DNA of 30,000 bases from Wansuia hejianensis (GTDB lineage: Bacteria > Bacillota > Clostridia > Lachnospirales > Lachnospiraceae): contig NZ_CP060635.1 of NCBI RefSeq assembly GCF_014337215.1, positions 2,220,257-2,250,256 on the forward strand, in the 5' to 3' direction. Positions 15,516 through 24,440 of the stretch are shown one piece after another; the first letter of the stretch is position 1; the number at the start of each line of letters is the position of its first letter. The notes beneath the pieces were generated by a model. It saw nothing but the letters and a program-made list of their open reading frames with translations. It made no database searches and was not told the DNA's origin. Made by a program: the position numbers and the translations under genes.

Positions 15516-16391
15516 TCAGATATAATACTTCTCTTTAATGGCTTCCACCGGCATCTGCCGGCCTGTCCAGAGCCGGAAGGCCTCCGCGCCCTGGTAAAGC
15601 AGCATATGCAGTCCGTTAAATGTACGGCACCCGGCAGCCTTCGCCAGTGACAGGAACTTCGTCTCTCTGGGGTTATATATGATATCGGCGACAGTCAGCC
15701 CCGGATGAAACAGGGAAGTATCTTCCAGAACAGAATGTCCGGTGTCCGGCGCCATACCCACCGAAGTGGCATTGACCAGAAGTGTGCTGTTCAAAAGAGA
15801 CGATTTCAACACCTCTGTATCCGCCAGGTCGTAGAGTGCTGCCCGGCAGCCGGTGGTGCGGTTGACTGCGTCAACCAGCTGTAAAGTCCTCTGATGAAAA
15901 CGGCTGGAAGGGCGGGCGAATATGTTCAAAGTCTGAATTCCGTCCAAAGCCGCTTGGGCGCAGATGGCGGTGGCCGCTCCCCCCGCTCCGAGAATCGTCA
16001 TCGTCTGTCCCTCCGGCTCAAATCCCGCTTCCCGCGCAGAGCGCATAAAGCCGATCCCGTCGGTATTGTGGCCCATAAGCTTTCCGCCCTCATTGACAAC
16101 CGTATTGACGGCCCCGATCATCTGCGCCGCCGGCGATAGCCCATCTGCCAGCTCAGCCATCCGGTTCTTATCAGGCATCGTCAGGTTAAAACCGCGAATC
16201 CCGCAGGCCTTCAGACCCTTAACCGCAGCTTCCAGGGTATCTTCCCCCACATCAAAACATAAATATACGTAATCCAGGCCCAGAAGCCGGAAGGCCTCAT
16301 TGTGCATCAGAGGAGAAAGGCTGTGTGAAACCGGACTTCCCAGCAAGCCAGTCAGCCCGGTATAACCGGTAATCGTAAAATCGTATTTCAT
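15516..16391 (-). CDS. aroE: Shikimate dehydrogenase family protein, YdiB-like (quinate/shikimate dehydrogenase)
   Basis: Contains SPVSHSLSPLMHN, FNLTMPDKN, GAVNTVV, GHNTDGIGF, ILGAGGAATAI and YNPRETKFL...GLHMLLYQGAEAFRLWTG. The insert NRTTGCRAALYDLAD resembles E. coli YdiB rather than AroE (from memory). The start is the ATG at 16391, with GGAGG 5 nt upstream. Confidence 0.85.
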   Translation of the reverse strand: MKYDFTITGYTGLTGLLGSPVSHSLSPLMHNEAFRLLGLDYVYLCFDVGEDTLEAAVKGLKACGIRGFNLTMPDKNRMAELADGLSPAAQMIGAVNTVVNEGGKLMGHNTDGIGFMRSAREAGFEPEGQTMTILGAGGAATAICAQAALDGIQTLNIFARPSSRFHQRTLQLVDAVNRTTGCRAALYDLADTEVLKSSLLNSTLLVNATSVGMAPDTGHSVLEDTSLFHPGLTVADIIYNPRETKFLSLAKAAGCRTFNGLHMLLYQGAEAFRLWTGRQMPVEAIKEKYYI

Positions 16392-16555
16392 GTCTGCCTC
16401 CATTCATAGAATGGTAAAATTGTACCACATTCCCGGATAGAAGTCCATCGGCTAGAAGGCATACCTTCCCACCTCCCGCAGCAGGGCGCTGCAGTGCATC
16501 TCATTCCAAGTGATAAATGCCCCTGATACCCATAAAAAAAATAATATTCTTCCGC

Positions 16556-16584
16556 TTGTTTATATACATAGTCCGTGCTATAAT
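16556..16584 (+). promoter_or_regulatory. Sigma-A promoter candidate for the lipoprotein gene
   Basis: TTGTTT (16556-16561), a 17-nt spacer, then the extended -10 TGcTATAAT (16576-16584). Confidence 0.45.
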
Positions 16585-16620
16585 GTGAATGTTTGCATAA
16601 CAAATATGAGGAGGAAGAAA

Positions 16621-17025
16621 ATGAAAAAGAATCTTTGTACAAAATTAGCAGTCCTGATGCTGACTCTGCTCTGCGCGTTCAGCCTGGCCGCCTGCGGAGG
16701 CAGCAAAAAAAGCGCCCTTGCCGGCACCTACAAGCTTAAGAGCGTTACAACTCAGGGCGTCACCATGGATCTGGATGAGCTGGCCGATTCTCTCGGCGAA
16801 TCTGCAGACGCACTGAGCAGCGTAACGGCAGAGCTCAAGGATGATGGCACTTTTACATTAGATACCAGCGCTTTAACCGGAACCTCAGCGATTGAGGGAA
16901 CCTGGGAAGAGAAGGACGGCGCCCTGGACCTGACAGCCGAAGGCGACACGATTACCGCCACCGTATCAGGCTCTTCCTTTAAGCTTAGCAGCAGCGGCGT
17001 AGATATGACATTTGAAAAACAATAA
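16621..17025 (+). CDS. Small lipoprotein (lipocalin-like, unknown function)
   Basis: The ATG at 16621 has GAGGAGG 6 nt upstream. The signal peptide and lipobox read MKKNLCTKLAVLMLTLLCAFSLAAC, followed by GTYKLKSV... The 5' extension in the ORF track is not supported. Confidence 0.8.
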   Translation: MKKNLCTKLAVLMLTLLCAFSLAACGGSKKSALAGTYKLKSVTTQGVTMDLDELADSLGESADALSSVTAELKDDGTFTLDTSALTGTSAIEGTWEEKDGALDLTAEGDTITATVSGSSFKLSSSGVDMTFEKQ

Positions 17026-17041
17026 TTCTATCAGCAATCAT

Positions 17042-17086
17042 AAAAGGCTATGCCTTCGGAAGCAATTCCCGGAGGCATAGCCTTTT
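17042..17086. terminator. Bidirectional rho-independent terminator between the convergent lipoprotein and etfA genes
   Basis: AAAAGGCTATGCCT (17042-17055) pairs with AGGCATAGCCTTTT (17073-17086). T-runs are present on both strands. Confidence 0.75.
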
Positions 17087-17090
17087 ATAA

Positions 17091-18269
17091 TTAACCCAGC
17101 GCCTCCATAAGCTCCGGAATCACCCGGTAGAGATCACCCACGATTCCATAGTCTGCCACCTCAAAAATCGGCGCATTTTCATTTTTATTAATCGCTATGA
17201 TATAGTCGGAATTCTGCATACCGGCCAGATGCTGTATGGCGCCGGAAATTCCGCAGGCGATGTAGACAGCCGGCTTTACCGTCGTTCCCGTCTGGCCCAC
17301 CTGATAGGAAGGGGCGATCCATCCCGCATCCACACAGGCTCTGGAAGAGGCGACCACTCCGCCCAGCCTGTCTGCCAGCTCTTTCAACAGTTTGAACCCT
17401 TCCGCCGAACCCAGCCCCATACCTCCGGCCACGATGATTTTTGCGTCCGTCAGAGATACTTTTTCTCCAACACTTTTTATAATATCCAGAATTTTAGTAG
17501 GAATCTCGTCCTCTGTAAACGTTATGGGCAGGTCGATGAGCGCTCCTGTCCGGCCGCCGTCCCGGACACTTTTCTGCATGACTCCGGGCCTGACTGTCGA
17601 CATCTGCGGCCGATGGGACGGACAGATGATCGTCGCCATCAGATTCCCTCCGAAGGCCGGCCGGGTCTGCTGAAGCCTCCGGTTTTCCCGGTCGATTTCC
17701 AGCTTCGTGCAGTCAGCCGTCAGCCCGGTTCCTGCCTTAACTGCCAGGCATGGCCCCAGGTCCCTGCCTATGTGGGTCGCCCCCAGAAGCACCACTTCAG
17801 GCTTATATCGTTCAATCGCCTCAAAAATAACACGCGAATAGCTTTCCGTCCGGTAATGCTTAAGAATCTCGTGGTCAGCCACATATACCTTGTCGGCTCC
17901 GCAGGCGATCAGCTCCTCTGCCTGCTCCCGGATACCGCAGCCGCAGAGCACCGCGCACAGCTCTGTCTCCAGCTCGTCAGCCAGCTTCCGTCCTTCTCCG
18001 AGCAGCTCAAATACCACACTCTGGATCTCATTGTCCCGTTGTTCCGCGAACACCCAGACTCCCCGGTAGGCGCTGACATCGGCTGCCTTCTTTTCAGGAG
18101 ACGTCTTTTCTATCGCGTCAAAAGGGCAGTTTTCTATACAATTTCCGCACTCCGTGCAGCCCATGCCAATCACTGCCTTTTGACCTTTTACCTGAATCGC
18201 GTCAAAGGGGCAGTTTTTTTCGCAGAGAGCACAGCCTTTACATTTTTCTTCAATCACACGTATTGCCAC
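17091..18269 (-). CDS. etfA: Electron transfer flavoprotein alpha subunit with an N-terminal 2x[4Fe-4S] ferredoxin domain (CarE/FixB-like)
   Basis: The N-terminus carries [12 protein letters not shown]...[12 protein letters not shown]. The EtfA core follows, with the C-terminal FAD motif [17 protein letters not shown]...[23 protein letters not shown]. Confidence 0.9.
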   Translation of the reverse strand: MAIRVIEEKCKGCALCEKNCPFDAIQVKGQKAVIGMGCTECGNCIENCPFDAIEKTSPEKKAADVSAYRGVWVFAEQRDNEIQSVVFELLGEGRKLADELETELCAVLCGCGIREQAEELIACGADKVYVADHEILKHYRTESYSRVIFEAIERYKPEVVLLGATHIGRDLGPCLAVKAGTGLTADCTKLEIDRENRRLQQTRPAFGGNLMATIICPSHRPQMSTVRPGVMQKSVRDGGRTGALIDLPITFTEDEIPTKILDIIKSVGEKVSLTDAKIIVAGGMGLGSAEGFKLLKELADRLGGVVASSRACVDAGWIAPSYQVGQTGTTVKPAVYIACGISGAIQHLAGMQNSDYIIAINKNENAPIFEVADYGIVGDLYRVIPELMEALG

Positions 18270-18281
18270 AGCTTTATCCTC

Positions 18282-19067
18282 CTATATCAAATGCTTCTCA
18301 TGCAGCCTGGAAACCAGCGTTTCCGCAATTTCCCGGGGTGTCCCCTGCAGCCTCTCGCCCTTTCCCTTCGCCGGAGGAGTAAAGGAACGCAGAACCTGGG
18401 TCGGAGAAGCGCTCAGGCCGCAATCTGCCGCGTCCAGCCCCACATCCTCGTGGTTCCACACCGTTATTTCTTGTTTAAAAGCATCCACAATTCCCCAGGT
18501 GGTCATATAGCGCGGCTCATTCAGCTCTTTAATAACCGTGAGAAGACACGGTCGCCGCACCCGGATGATCTCGCAGCCGTCTTCCATATTCCGTTCCGCG
18601 ATGATTCCGTCTTCCTCCAGCCGGATATCCTGTACATAAGTCACAACGGGCAGCCCCAGCCTGCTGGCTGTCTGAGGCCCTACCTGCGCGGTATCCCCGT
18701 CTATGGCCTGTCTCCCGGCAAACACCAGATCCACATCCTGAATCTTCCGGATTCCCGCGGCAAGAGTTGTGGACGTGGCACAGGTATCTGCGCCGCCAAA
18801 AGCCCGGTCGCTGAGCAAATAGGCATGATCCGCCCCCATAGCCAGACATTCTCTGAGCATATACGCCGCCTGAGGCGGCCCCATGGTGAGCACCTCCACG
18901 GCCACATCCTCATAGAGGTCCTTCAGCTCTAGCGCCGCCTCCAGGGCGTTTGCGTCATCCGGGTTCAAAATGCTGGGCACACCGTCACGGATCAAAGTCC
19001 CTTTTACCGGGTCAATGCGCACCTCGTTCGTATCCGGCACCTGTTTTACACATACAACTATCTTCAT
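18282..19067 (-). CDS. etfB: Electron transfer flavoprotein beta subunit
   Basis: 261 aa with MKIVVCVKQVPDT...NPDDANALEAALELK...VLTMGPPQA...DLVFAGRQAIDGDTAQVGP, typical of EtfB. Confidence 0.9.
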   Translation of the reverse strand: MKIVVCVKQVPDTNEVRIDPVKGTLIRDGVPSILNPDDANALEAALELKDLYEDVAVEVLTMGPPQAAYMLRECLAMGADHAYLLSDRAFGGADTCATSTTLAAGIRKIQDVDLVFAGRQAIDGDTAQVGPQTASRLGLPVVTYVQDIRLEEDGIIAERNMEDGCEIIRVRRPCLLTVIKELNEPRYMTTWGIVDAFKQEITVWNHEDVGLDAADCGLSASPTQVLRSFTPPAKGKGERLQGTPREIAETLVSRLHEKHLI

Positions 19068-19079
19068 CCTCTCTGCCTC

Positions 19080-20234
19080 CTACTTAAAAAGCTGACCGCT
19101 GATTACGATCTGCTGAACCTGTGACGTGCCCTCATAAATCGTAAATATCCTGCAGTCACGGTACAGCCGTTCTACTTTATAATCCTTTGTGAATCCATAG
19201 CCCCCATGGATCTGCACAGCCTTCGCGCAAATCTCATTGCAGGCCTCTGAAGCATAATATTTCGCCATGGAGCATTCCATAGAGGCAGGCTGATTCATAT
19301 CCTTGAGATAAGCCGCGCGGTAAACGAGACTTCTGGCCGCCTCAAGCTTCGTGGCCATTTCCGCCGCCATAAAACGCAGCGCCTGGAATTTTTCCAGAGG
19401 CTGTCCGAACTGTTTTCTTTCCTTCATATATTTCACCGTTTCCTCAAGGGCGGCCCCCGCCACGCCGATGGACTGGGCGGCCACGCCGATCCTTCCATAG
19501 TCCAGCGTCTTCATGGCGTTCAGGAACCCTTTATTTTTCTCTCCCAGCATATCCTCCCTGGGAACCCTCACGTCCTCCAGGATGATATCACTCACTGAAT
19601 CCCCGATCAGGCCCATGGTCCGCTCCGGCTTTCCGGTAGAGACGCCGGGAGCGTGCATATCCACAATAAAGGCCGAAATTCCTCTGGCCCCTCTCTGTGC
19701 AGGATCGGTTTTGGCGTAAATGATCGCGTAGTCCGCCTCCGGCGCCTCTGTGATAAAGGCTTTTCTCCCGTTCAGCACATAGCAGCCGCCGTCTTCCTCA
19801 GCCAGTGTCTGTGTCCCTCCTGCATCTGATCCGGCGCCGGGTTCGGTGAGGCCGAAGGCCATCCTCTTCTCCCCCTTTGCCACAGGCACCAGATATTTCC
19901 GGAGCTGTTCCTCTGTTCCCGACAGAAGCAGCGGCCCCCCTCCCAGAGAGTTCGGGGAATTCATGTAGATGCTTGCTGTCGCACTGACCCTGGCGAATTC
20001 TTCCAGGACGGCCACATACCCCCGGTTATCGCTGCCGGCGCCTCCATATTCTCTGGGAATCTTAACACCGTAAAATCCGGCTTTCCCCATTTTCACCTTT
20101 AATTCTTCCGGAAACACTCCGCTTTCCTCAATTTCGTCCAGGACTTCCTTTGTAAATTCTTTTTCGCAGAAGTCTCTGGCAAGCTTACGGAGCAATTCAT
20201 GCTCTTCCGTAAAATATTCTTTATATTCCATCAT
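19080..20234 (-). CDS. Acyl-CoA dehydrogenase (butyryl-CoA dehydrogenase / enoyl-CoA reductase class)
   Basis: 384 aa with FGLTEPGAGSDAGG, KAFITEAP, QIHGGYGFTKDYKVERLYRDCRIFTIYEGTSQVQ. Confidence 0.9.
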   Translation of the reverse strand: MMEYKEYFTEEHELLRKLARDFCEKEFTKEVLDEIEESGVFPEELKVKMGKAGFYGVKIPREYGGAGSDNRGYVAVLEEFARVSATASIYMNSPNSLGGGPLLLSGTEEQLRKYLVPVAKGEKRMAFGLTEPGAGSDAGGTQTLAEEDGGCYVLNGRKAFITEAPEADYAIIYAKTDPAQRGARGISAFIVDMHAPGVSTGKPERTMGLIGDSVSDIILEDVRVPREDMLGEKNKGFLNAMKTLDYGRIGVAAQSIGVAGAALEETVKYMKERKQFGQPLEKFQALRFMAAEMATKLEAARSLVYRAAYLKDMNQPASMECSMAKYYASEACNEICAKAVQIHGGYGFTKDYKVERLYRDCRIFTIYEGTSQVQQIVISGQLFK

Positions 20235-20279
20235 TCTATCCTCCTGTCCATAACAAGCCCATTTAATGTTTTAGCGGCC

Positions 20280-21830
20280 CTATTTCAGCACTGGTTCCAG
20301 CCCGCCCCAGGTTTCTTCAAACAGGCGGGCATCCATCAGCCGCAGCTTGTCTGAAACGGCCGGTATAAAATCCATCTGGTCCAGTATATCCCTCTGCAGG
20401 TCTGCGCCGGGAGCAATCTCTGTCAGCACCATTTTCCCGTCAAGCAGACGGAAGACACACCGTTCTGTCACATACAGAACCTCCTGCCCTTTGGCATATT
20501 TTCCACTGAAGGATACCTGCTGTACCCTTTTCAGAAACTTCTTTCCTGTTCCCTCCCGCCCGATCACCAGACAGCCGTCCTGAATGGATTCCTCCGCTTT
20601 CGCACAGAACAGCCCTGCAAACACAACCTTCTTAGACCCCTGCGTGATATTAATAAAACCGCCTGGCCCGTTCAGCCGGCTGCCAAATTTGCTGACGTTT
20701 ATATTCCCTTCCTCATCCGCCTGGGCCAGCCCCAGGACTGCCAGGTCAATGCCGCCTCCGTCATAAAAATCAAACATGGACCCGTGGTCGACGATCGCTT
20801 CCGCATTATAAGAGCTGCCGAAATTCGGCACGCCCGCAGGCACGCCTCCAAAGGCTCCTATTTCCGTCGTGAGTGTGATGCTGTCTATGTAGCCTTCCTC
20901 CGATATGATACTGGCCACATCTGCCGGGATGCCAAAGCCCAGGTTGACCAGGCTGCCCTTCCTCACCTCAGCGGCCGCCCGTCGGGCAATCACCTTCTTA
21001 GGGTTCAGCGGCAGCACCGGCAGGGCATCCAGAGGCTTCCGGATATTTCCTGCAAATGCAGGCTCATAATAGGTGCCTTCCGTCTGCCAGCACGCTCTCT
21101 GATCCGTGGCCACCACCACATAATCCACAAGCGCACCCGGGATCTTCACATCCTTAGGCTTAATCGTCCCCTTTTGTGTGGCATACTCCACCTGTACGAT
21201 AACTATGCCTCCGCTGTTTTTCGCGGCCTGTGCCACCGCATAGCCTTCATTGATAGAAGCCTCCTTCTCAAAGGAAATGTTACCGTTTTCATCTGCTGTC
21301 GTTCCCCGGAGCAGCGCCACATCCAGCGGAAATGCTTTATAAAACAAGTATTCTTCTCCCTGGAATTCCACCAGCTCCACCAGATCCTCCTTCGTAACCT
21401 CGTTCATCTTGCCGCCTTCCAGCCGCGGGTCCACAAAGGTCCCAAGCCCTACCTTCGTCAGAAGGCCGGGCCTGTGGGCCGCAATCTCCCGCCACAGATT
21501 CACGATGACGCCCTGAGGAAGGCAATGGCAGGCAATTTTGTTCGCCCGCACCAGGTCATTCAGCGCAAATGCAGAACCCACCAGCGCCGACGACCATTTA
21601 CTGACCAGCCCCTCTATGCCCAGGCAGGTAATCCCCCTGTCATGCCAGTCTCCCATCGCACTCCCCTGTTTCAGAGTGAGATTTTTGGGATGCCCCGTCT
21701 TCTTAAAACGCTCTGCGACCGCCACCGCGACCTCCTCCGGCCATCCGGACAATCCCATGCCGGCCACCCCCACCGTGGCTCCGTCTTTAATCTTTTCTGC
21801 AGCTTCCGCTGCCGTCACAAACAATGCCAT
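20280..21830 (-). CDS. Family I acyl-CoA:carboxylate CoA-transferase, fused alpha-beta type (YdiF / propionate CoA-transferase-like)
   Basis: ~516 aa starting MALFVTAAEAAEKIKDGATVGVAGMGL and containing SLVNLGFGIPA and ITLTTEIGAFGG. The ATG at 21830 has AAGGAGGAGG immediately upstream. The ORF-track start at 21851 is 7 codons longer and would place that SD inside the coding sequence. Confidence 0.85.
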   Translation of the reverse strand: MALFVTAAEAAEKIKDGATVGVAGMGLSGWPEEVAVAVAERFKKTGHPKNLTLKQGSAMGDWHDRGITCLGIEGLVSKWSSALVGSAFALNDLVRANKIACHCLPQGVIVNLWREIAAHRPGLLTKVGLGTFVDPRLEGGKMNEVTKEDLVELVEFQGEEYLFYKAFPLDVALLRGTTADENGNISFEKEASINEGYAVAQAAKNSGGIVIVQVEYATQKGTIKPKDVKIPGALVDYVVVATDQRACWQTEGTYYEPAFAGNIRKPLDALPVLPLNPKKVIARRAAAEVRKGSLVNLGFGIPADVASIISEEGYIDSITLTTEIGAFGGVPAGVPNFGSSYNAEAIVDHGSMFDFYDGGGIDLAVLGLAQADEEGNINVSKFGSRLNGPGGFINITQGSKKVVFAGLFCAKAEESIQDGCLVIGREGTGKKFLKRVQQVSFSGKYAKGQEVLYVTERCVFRLLDGKMVLTEIAPGADLQRDILDQMDFIPAVSDKLRLMDARLFEETWGGLEPVLK

Positions 21831-21976
21831 AACCTCCTCCTTACTGCTCATAAATTCTCAATCTTCTTCTGCCACAGGCTCTTAATTTATATTAACATTC
21901 TTCTTTTGAGCAAATTATTTTTGGTTAATTAAGCACCTTTGTGCTTTTCTTGCAATTTTTTAGCATATGATATATT

Positions 21977-22999
21977 ATGGGTATAAAGGAACGAATAAGT
22001 TCATTACCAGAGTTAAAGGAGCGATTATCATTGAATCCAAAAGAAATGAAAAAATATAGTCTGCTCGCAGAAGTGGCCTGTGATTATTATGAAAGAGGAC
22101 TGAGCCAGAACGAAATCGCTGAGCGCATCTGCCTGTCCCGAACGCGGGTTTCCCGTCTTCTGAAAGAGGCGGAAGAAGCCGGAATCGTCCAGGTCTCCAT
22201 TAATTATAACTTTGAGCGGCACTATGAATTGGAAGAACGAATCAAAAGTCTCTTTTCTGTCAAGAATGTCCGCGTGCTTAATAACCGCAACCGGCCGAAA
22301 GACCGCATCCAGGCTGATGTAGGCTGTCTCGGAGCTTCCTACATCATGGAATCTCTGAAAAAAGACATGGTAATCGGCACTTCATGGGGCACAACTCTCG
22401 CTGACACGATCAAGCACATCAAACCGGCCCCGTTCCCGGTGCATGTGGTCCAGCTGATGGGTTCTGTACCCTGTAACTCACCAAACCACACTCCTCAGGG
22501 GATCGTGTCCACGATGGCAGAGTTATTCCAGTGCCAGGGTAGCTTCCTGAATCTTCCTCTGTACATACATGACGACTATGCCCGTCAGGTGATCTGTAAT
22601 GACATAAATAACAAGAAAATTATAAACCAGGGAATGTTTTCAGATATGATACTGACCAGCATAAGCGCTGTAGAGACCATCAGCCAGCAAGACTTCTGGC
22701 TGGGCTATATGACTCCGGAAATGTACCAGGAAATCTGCAGCAAAGGAGCCGTAGGAGCCATGTTCGCCCGCTTCTTTGACAGGAGCGGCAACGAAGTGGA
22801 CTGTTCCTGGAATCACCGCTGCATCAGTATCTCCTTCGACCATATCAAGGGCGTGCCCGACGTGGTAGTCATCGCTTCCGGGCGGCAGAAGGCGACAGCC
22901 ATCTCCTATGCCCTGAAGGCCAGCCTGATCAACACGCTGATCACGGACGGGACAACCGCCAGCGCCATACTGGGATTGAATCCCAAGAATCAAGTGTAA
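21977..22999 (+). CDS. SorC/DeoR-family sugar-binding transcriptional regulator
   Basis: The N-terminal HTH reads LLAEVACDYYERGLSQNEIAERICLSRTRVSRLLKEAEEAGIVQVSI, followed by a SorC-type effector domain. The ATG at 21977 lacks an SD. An in-frame TTG at 22031, 9 nt after AAGGAG, or the ATG at 22046, may be the true start. Confidence 0.8.
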   Translation: MGIKERISSLPELKERLSLNPKEMKKYSLLAEVACDYYERGLSQNEIAERICLSRTRVSRLLKEAEEAGIVQVSINYNFERHYELEERIKSLFSVKNVRVLNNRNRPKDRIQADVGCLGASYIMESLKKDMVIGTSWGTTLADTIKHIKPAPFPVHVVQLMGSVPCNSPNHTPQGIVSTMAELFQCQGSFLNLPLYIHDDYARQVICNDINNKKIINQGMFSDMILTSISAVETISQQDFWLGYMTPEMYQEICSKGAVGAMFARFFDRSGNEVDCSWNHRCISISFDHIKGVPDVVVIASGRQKATAISYALKASLINTLITDGTTASAILGLNPKNQV

Positions 23000-23059
23000 T
23001 ACCACGAACATATCCTTAATGGATATATAAGAATATAATTTGTATGCGGAGGCCTGACT

Positions 23060-23818
23060 ATGATAAAGGATAAGATCTATTCAAAAGCAAAAGAACTAAG
23101 GGTGAATCTCGTGCGGACCTGTGACGCAGAACAATGGGAACGGCTGCCGGTCCAGCCGCCGGAGTTCTGGCCTCAAAATATTTGGCCCTGGTCGAAAAAG
23201 GTTATTTGTCTGGGGATCCCCTTATTTGCACCTATGATCGATTCTACCCCGTCAATGGTATATCAGGAGCTATATGATACAAGCAACAGAATCCTGGATG
23301 ATATATCCTATCATCTGACGAATTACATAGTGAATACTTTAGGATATAAAGCAGTCTGGTTTCCGAGAGACTGTTACTATAGCATTGATGTTTTGCTGGA
23401 TAATCCAAACGCGGCGTTTTCTCACGTGATTGCCGCGTACTATGCGGGGATGGGTACAATCGGAGACAGCCATAATTTAATTACAAAGGAATTTGGCCCC
23501 AGAGTGAGAATTGTTTCAATTATTACCGATGCGCCCATAGACAGCGACCCCATGCTTAAAGGCGATCTCTGCCTTCACTGTGGTAAATGCCTGAAAGCCT
23601 GTCCCAGCAAATGTTTTACAAATCCCGGCCCTGATAAAATCTATACTATGGATAAGATCGCCTGCACGGCATACAATGCAGAAGTCAAAAACCAGCACCA
23701 TTGGCCTTGCGGAATGTGCATTGATGTATGTCCCGTGGGCGAAGATCTTAAAACTTATAAAGGTACTGACAGAGTCACAAGCAGTGGGATCACTCATCTG
23801 CAGAGCTTCGGTTCATAA
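23060..23818 (+). CDS. 4Fe-4S dicluster protein, epoxyqueuosine-reductase/reductive-dehalogenase-like
   Basis: 252 aa with CLHCGKCLKACP and CGMCIDVCPVG. GCGGAGG lies 7 nt upstream of the ATG. Confidence 0.65.
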   Translation: MIKDKIYSKAKELRVNLVRTCDAEQWERLPVQPPEFWPQNIWPWSKKVICLGIPLFAPMIDSTPSMVYQELYDTSNRILDDISYHLTNYIVNTLGYKAVWFPRDCYYSIDVLLDNPNAAFSHVIAAYYAGMGTIGDSHNLITKEFGPRVRIVSIITDAPIDSDPMLKGDLCLHCGKCLKACPSKCFTNPGPDKIYTMDKIACTAYNAEVKNQHHWPCGMCIDVCPVGEDLKTYKGTDRVTSSGITHLQSFGS

Positions 23819-23891
23819 ATTCACAGGCAACGGCACTGATCCATCAATGATAAAAGGTAACCGCCATTACCCGGAGCGCCTCCATAACACT

Positions 23892-24089
23892 TTATCGTAA
23901 TGCCCAATAAAGAAAATCCTCCAGCTTCGTCAAATCCATGTCAGCAGCAGACGGATAGACTTTTTCCAATATAGCGCCTTCTTGAATCAGCCGCCGTGTC
24001 CGTGCCTTGCGTTCTTTCTGCCGGTCACGCATCTGCGCTTCCTCCAGCCGGTGCTCAGCCTGTAATAGTTTCTTCTCGTTATCGGTCAT
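23892..24089 (-). CDS. DUF3847-family small coiled-coil protein (mobilisation-region associated; family name from memory)
   Basis: 65 aa: MTDNEKKLLQAEHRLEEAQMRDRQKERKARTRRLIQEGAILEKV... SD AGGAGG is upstream. Confidence 0.65.
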   Translation of the reverse strand: MTDNEKKLLQAEHRLEEAQMRDRQKERKARTRRLIQEGAILEKVYPSAADMDLTKLEDFLYWALR

Positions 24090-24101
24090 AGAACATCCTC
24101 C

Positions 24102-24230
24102 TTTGGTATTAAAATAGGGTTAATTGATTTCGGCGTAATACCAAATATCCTCCCGTTTGGTATCATGCTTTTTCTGTAAATATTAGTAATAGCAAAAATG
24201 CCTCTGTTTGGTATCGCAGCCATACCAAAC
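24102..24230. repeat. Array of five TTTGGTAT octamers (two inverted pairs plus one single copy)
   Basis: Forward copies are at 24102, 24156 and 24207. Reverse copies are at 24138 and 24222. They form IR1 TTTGGTATTA-N24-TAATACCAAA (24102-24145) and IR2 GTTTGGTAT-N7-ATACCAAAC (24206-24230). ATCCTCC precedes two of the forward copies. Confidence 0.7.
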
Positions 24231-24261
24231 AAGGGGCGAAAGCAGTAATAAAAACCATCTC

Positions 24262-24299
24262 AAAAAAGAAGAAGCGGATCGACATACATCAATCCGCTT
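24262..24299 (-). terminator. Rho-independent terminator downstream of the recombinase gene
   Basis: Minus strand reads AAGCGGAT-N12-ATCCGCTT, followed by CTTCTTTTTT. It lies directly after a TAA TGA double stop at 24306-24311. Confidence 0.6.
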
Positions 24300-24440
24300 T
24301 CCATATCATTATGCTGTTTTCTGTTTCATCTTTTTAGAAGATTTGGCCGTCTTCAACACCGGCACAGTGCTTGCCGCTCTCTTTGCCATATTGCGTTCCT
24401 TCTGCATTTCCCGGTTTGCCTACGTCCTACACTCATCACA

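Noticed and set aside
17229-18932. 567-aa plus-strand ORF spanning the etfA and etfB loci
   Set aside because: It is antisense to two ORFs with unmistakable Etf motifs. The translation is Arg/His/Pro/Leu-rich with no recognisable motif and no SD. It is a typical shadow ORF of GC3-rich genes.
20784-21932. 382-aa plus-strand ORF antisense to the CoA-transferase gene. Similar shadow ORFs occur at 12660-13541, 9523-10359, 6535-7128, 28754-29323, 8123-8689 and 2389-3252.
   Set aside because: All overlap strongly supported genes on the opposite strand, lack SD sequences and have biased, motif-free translations.
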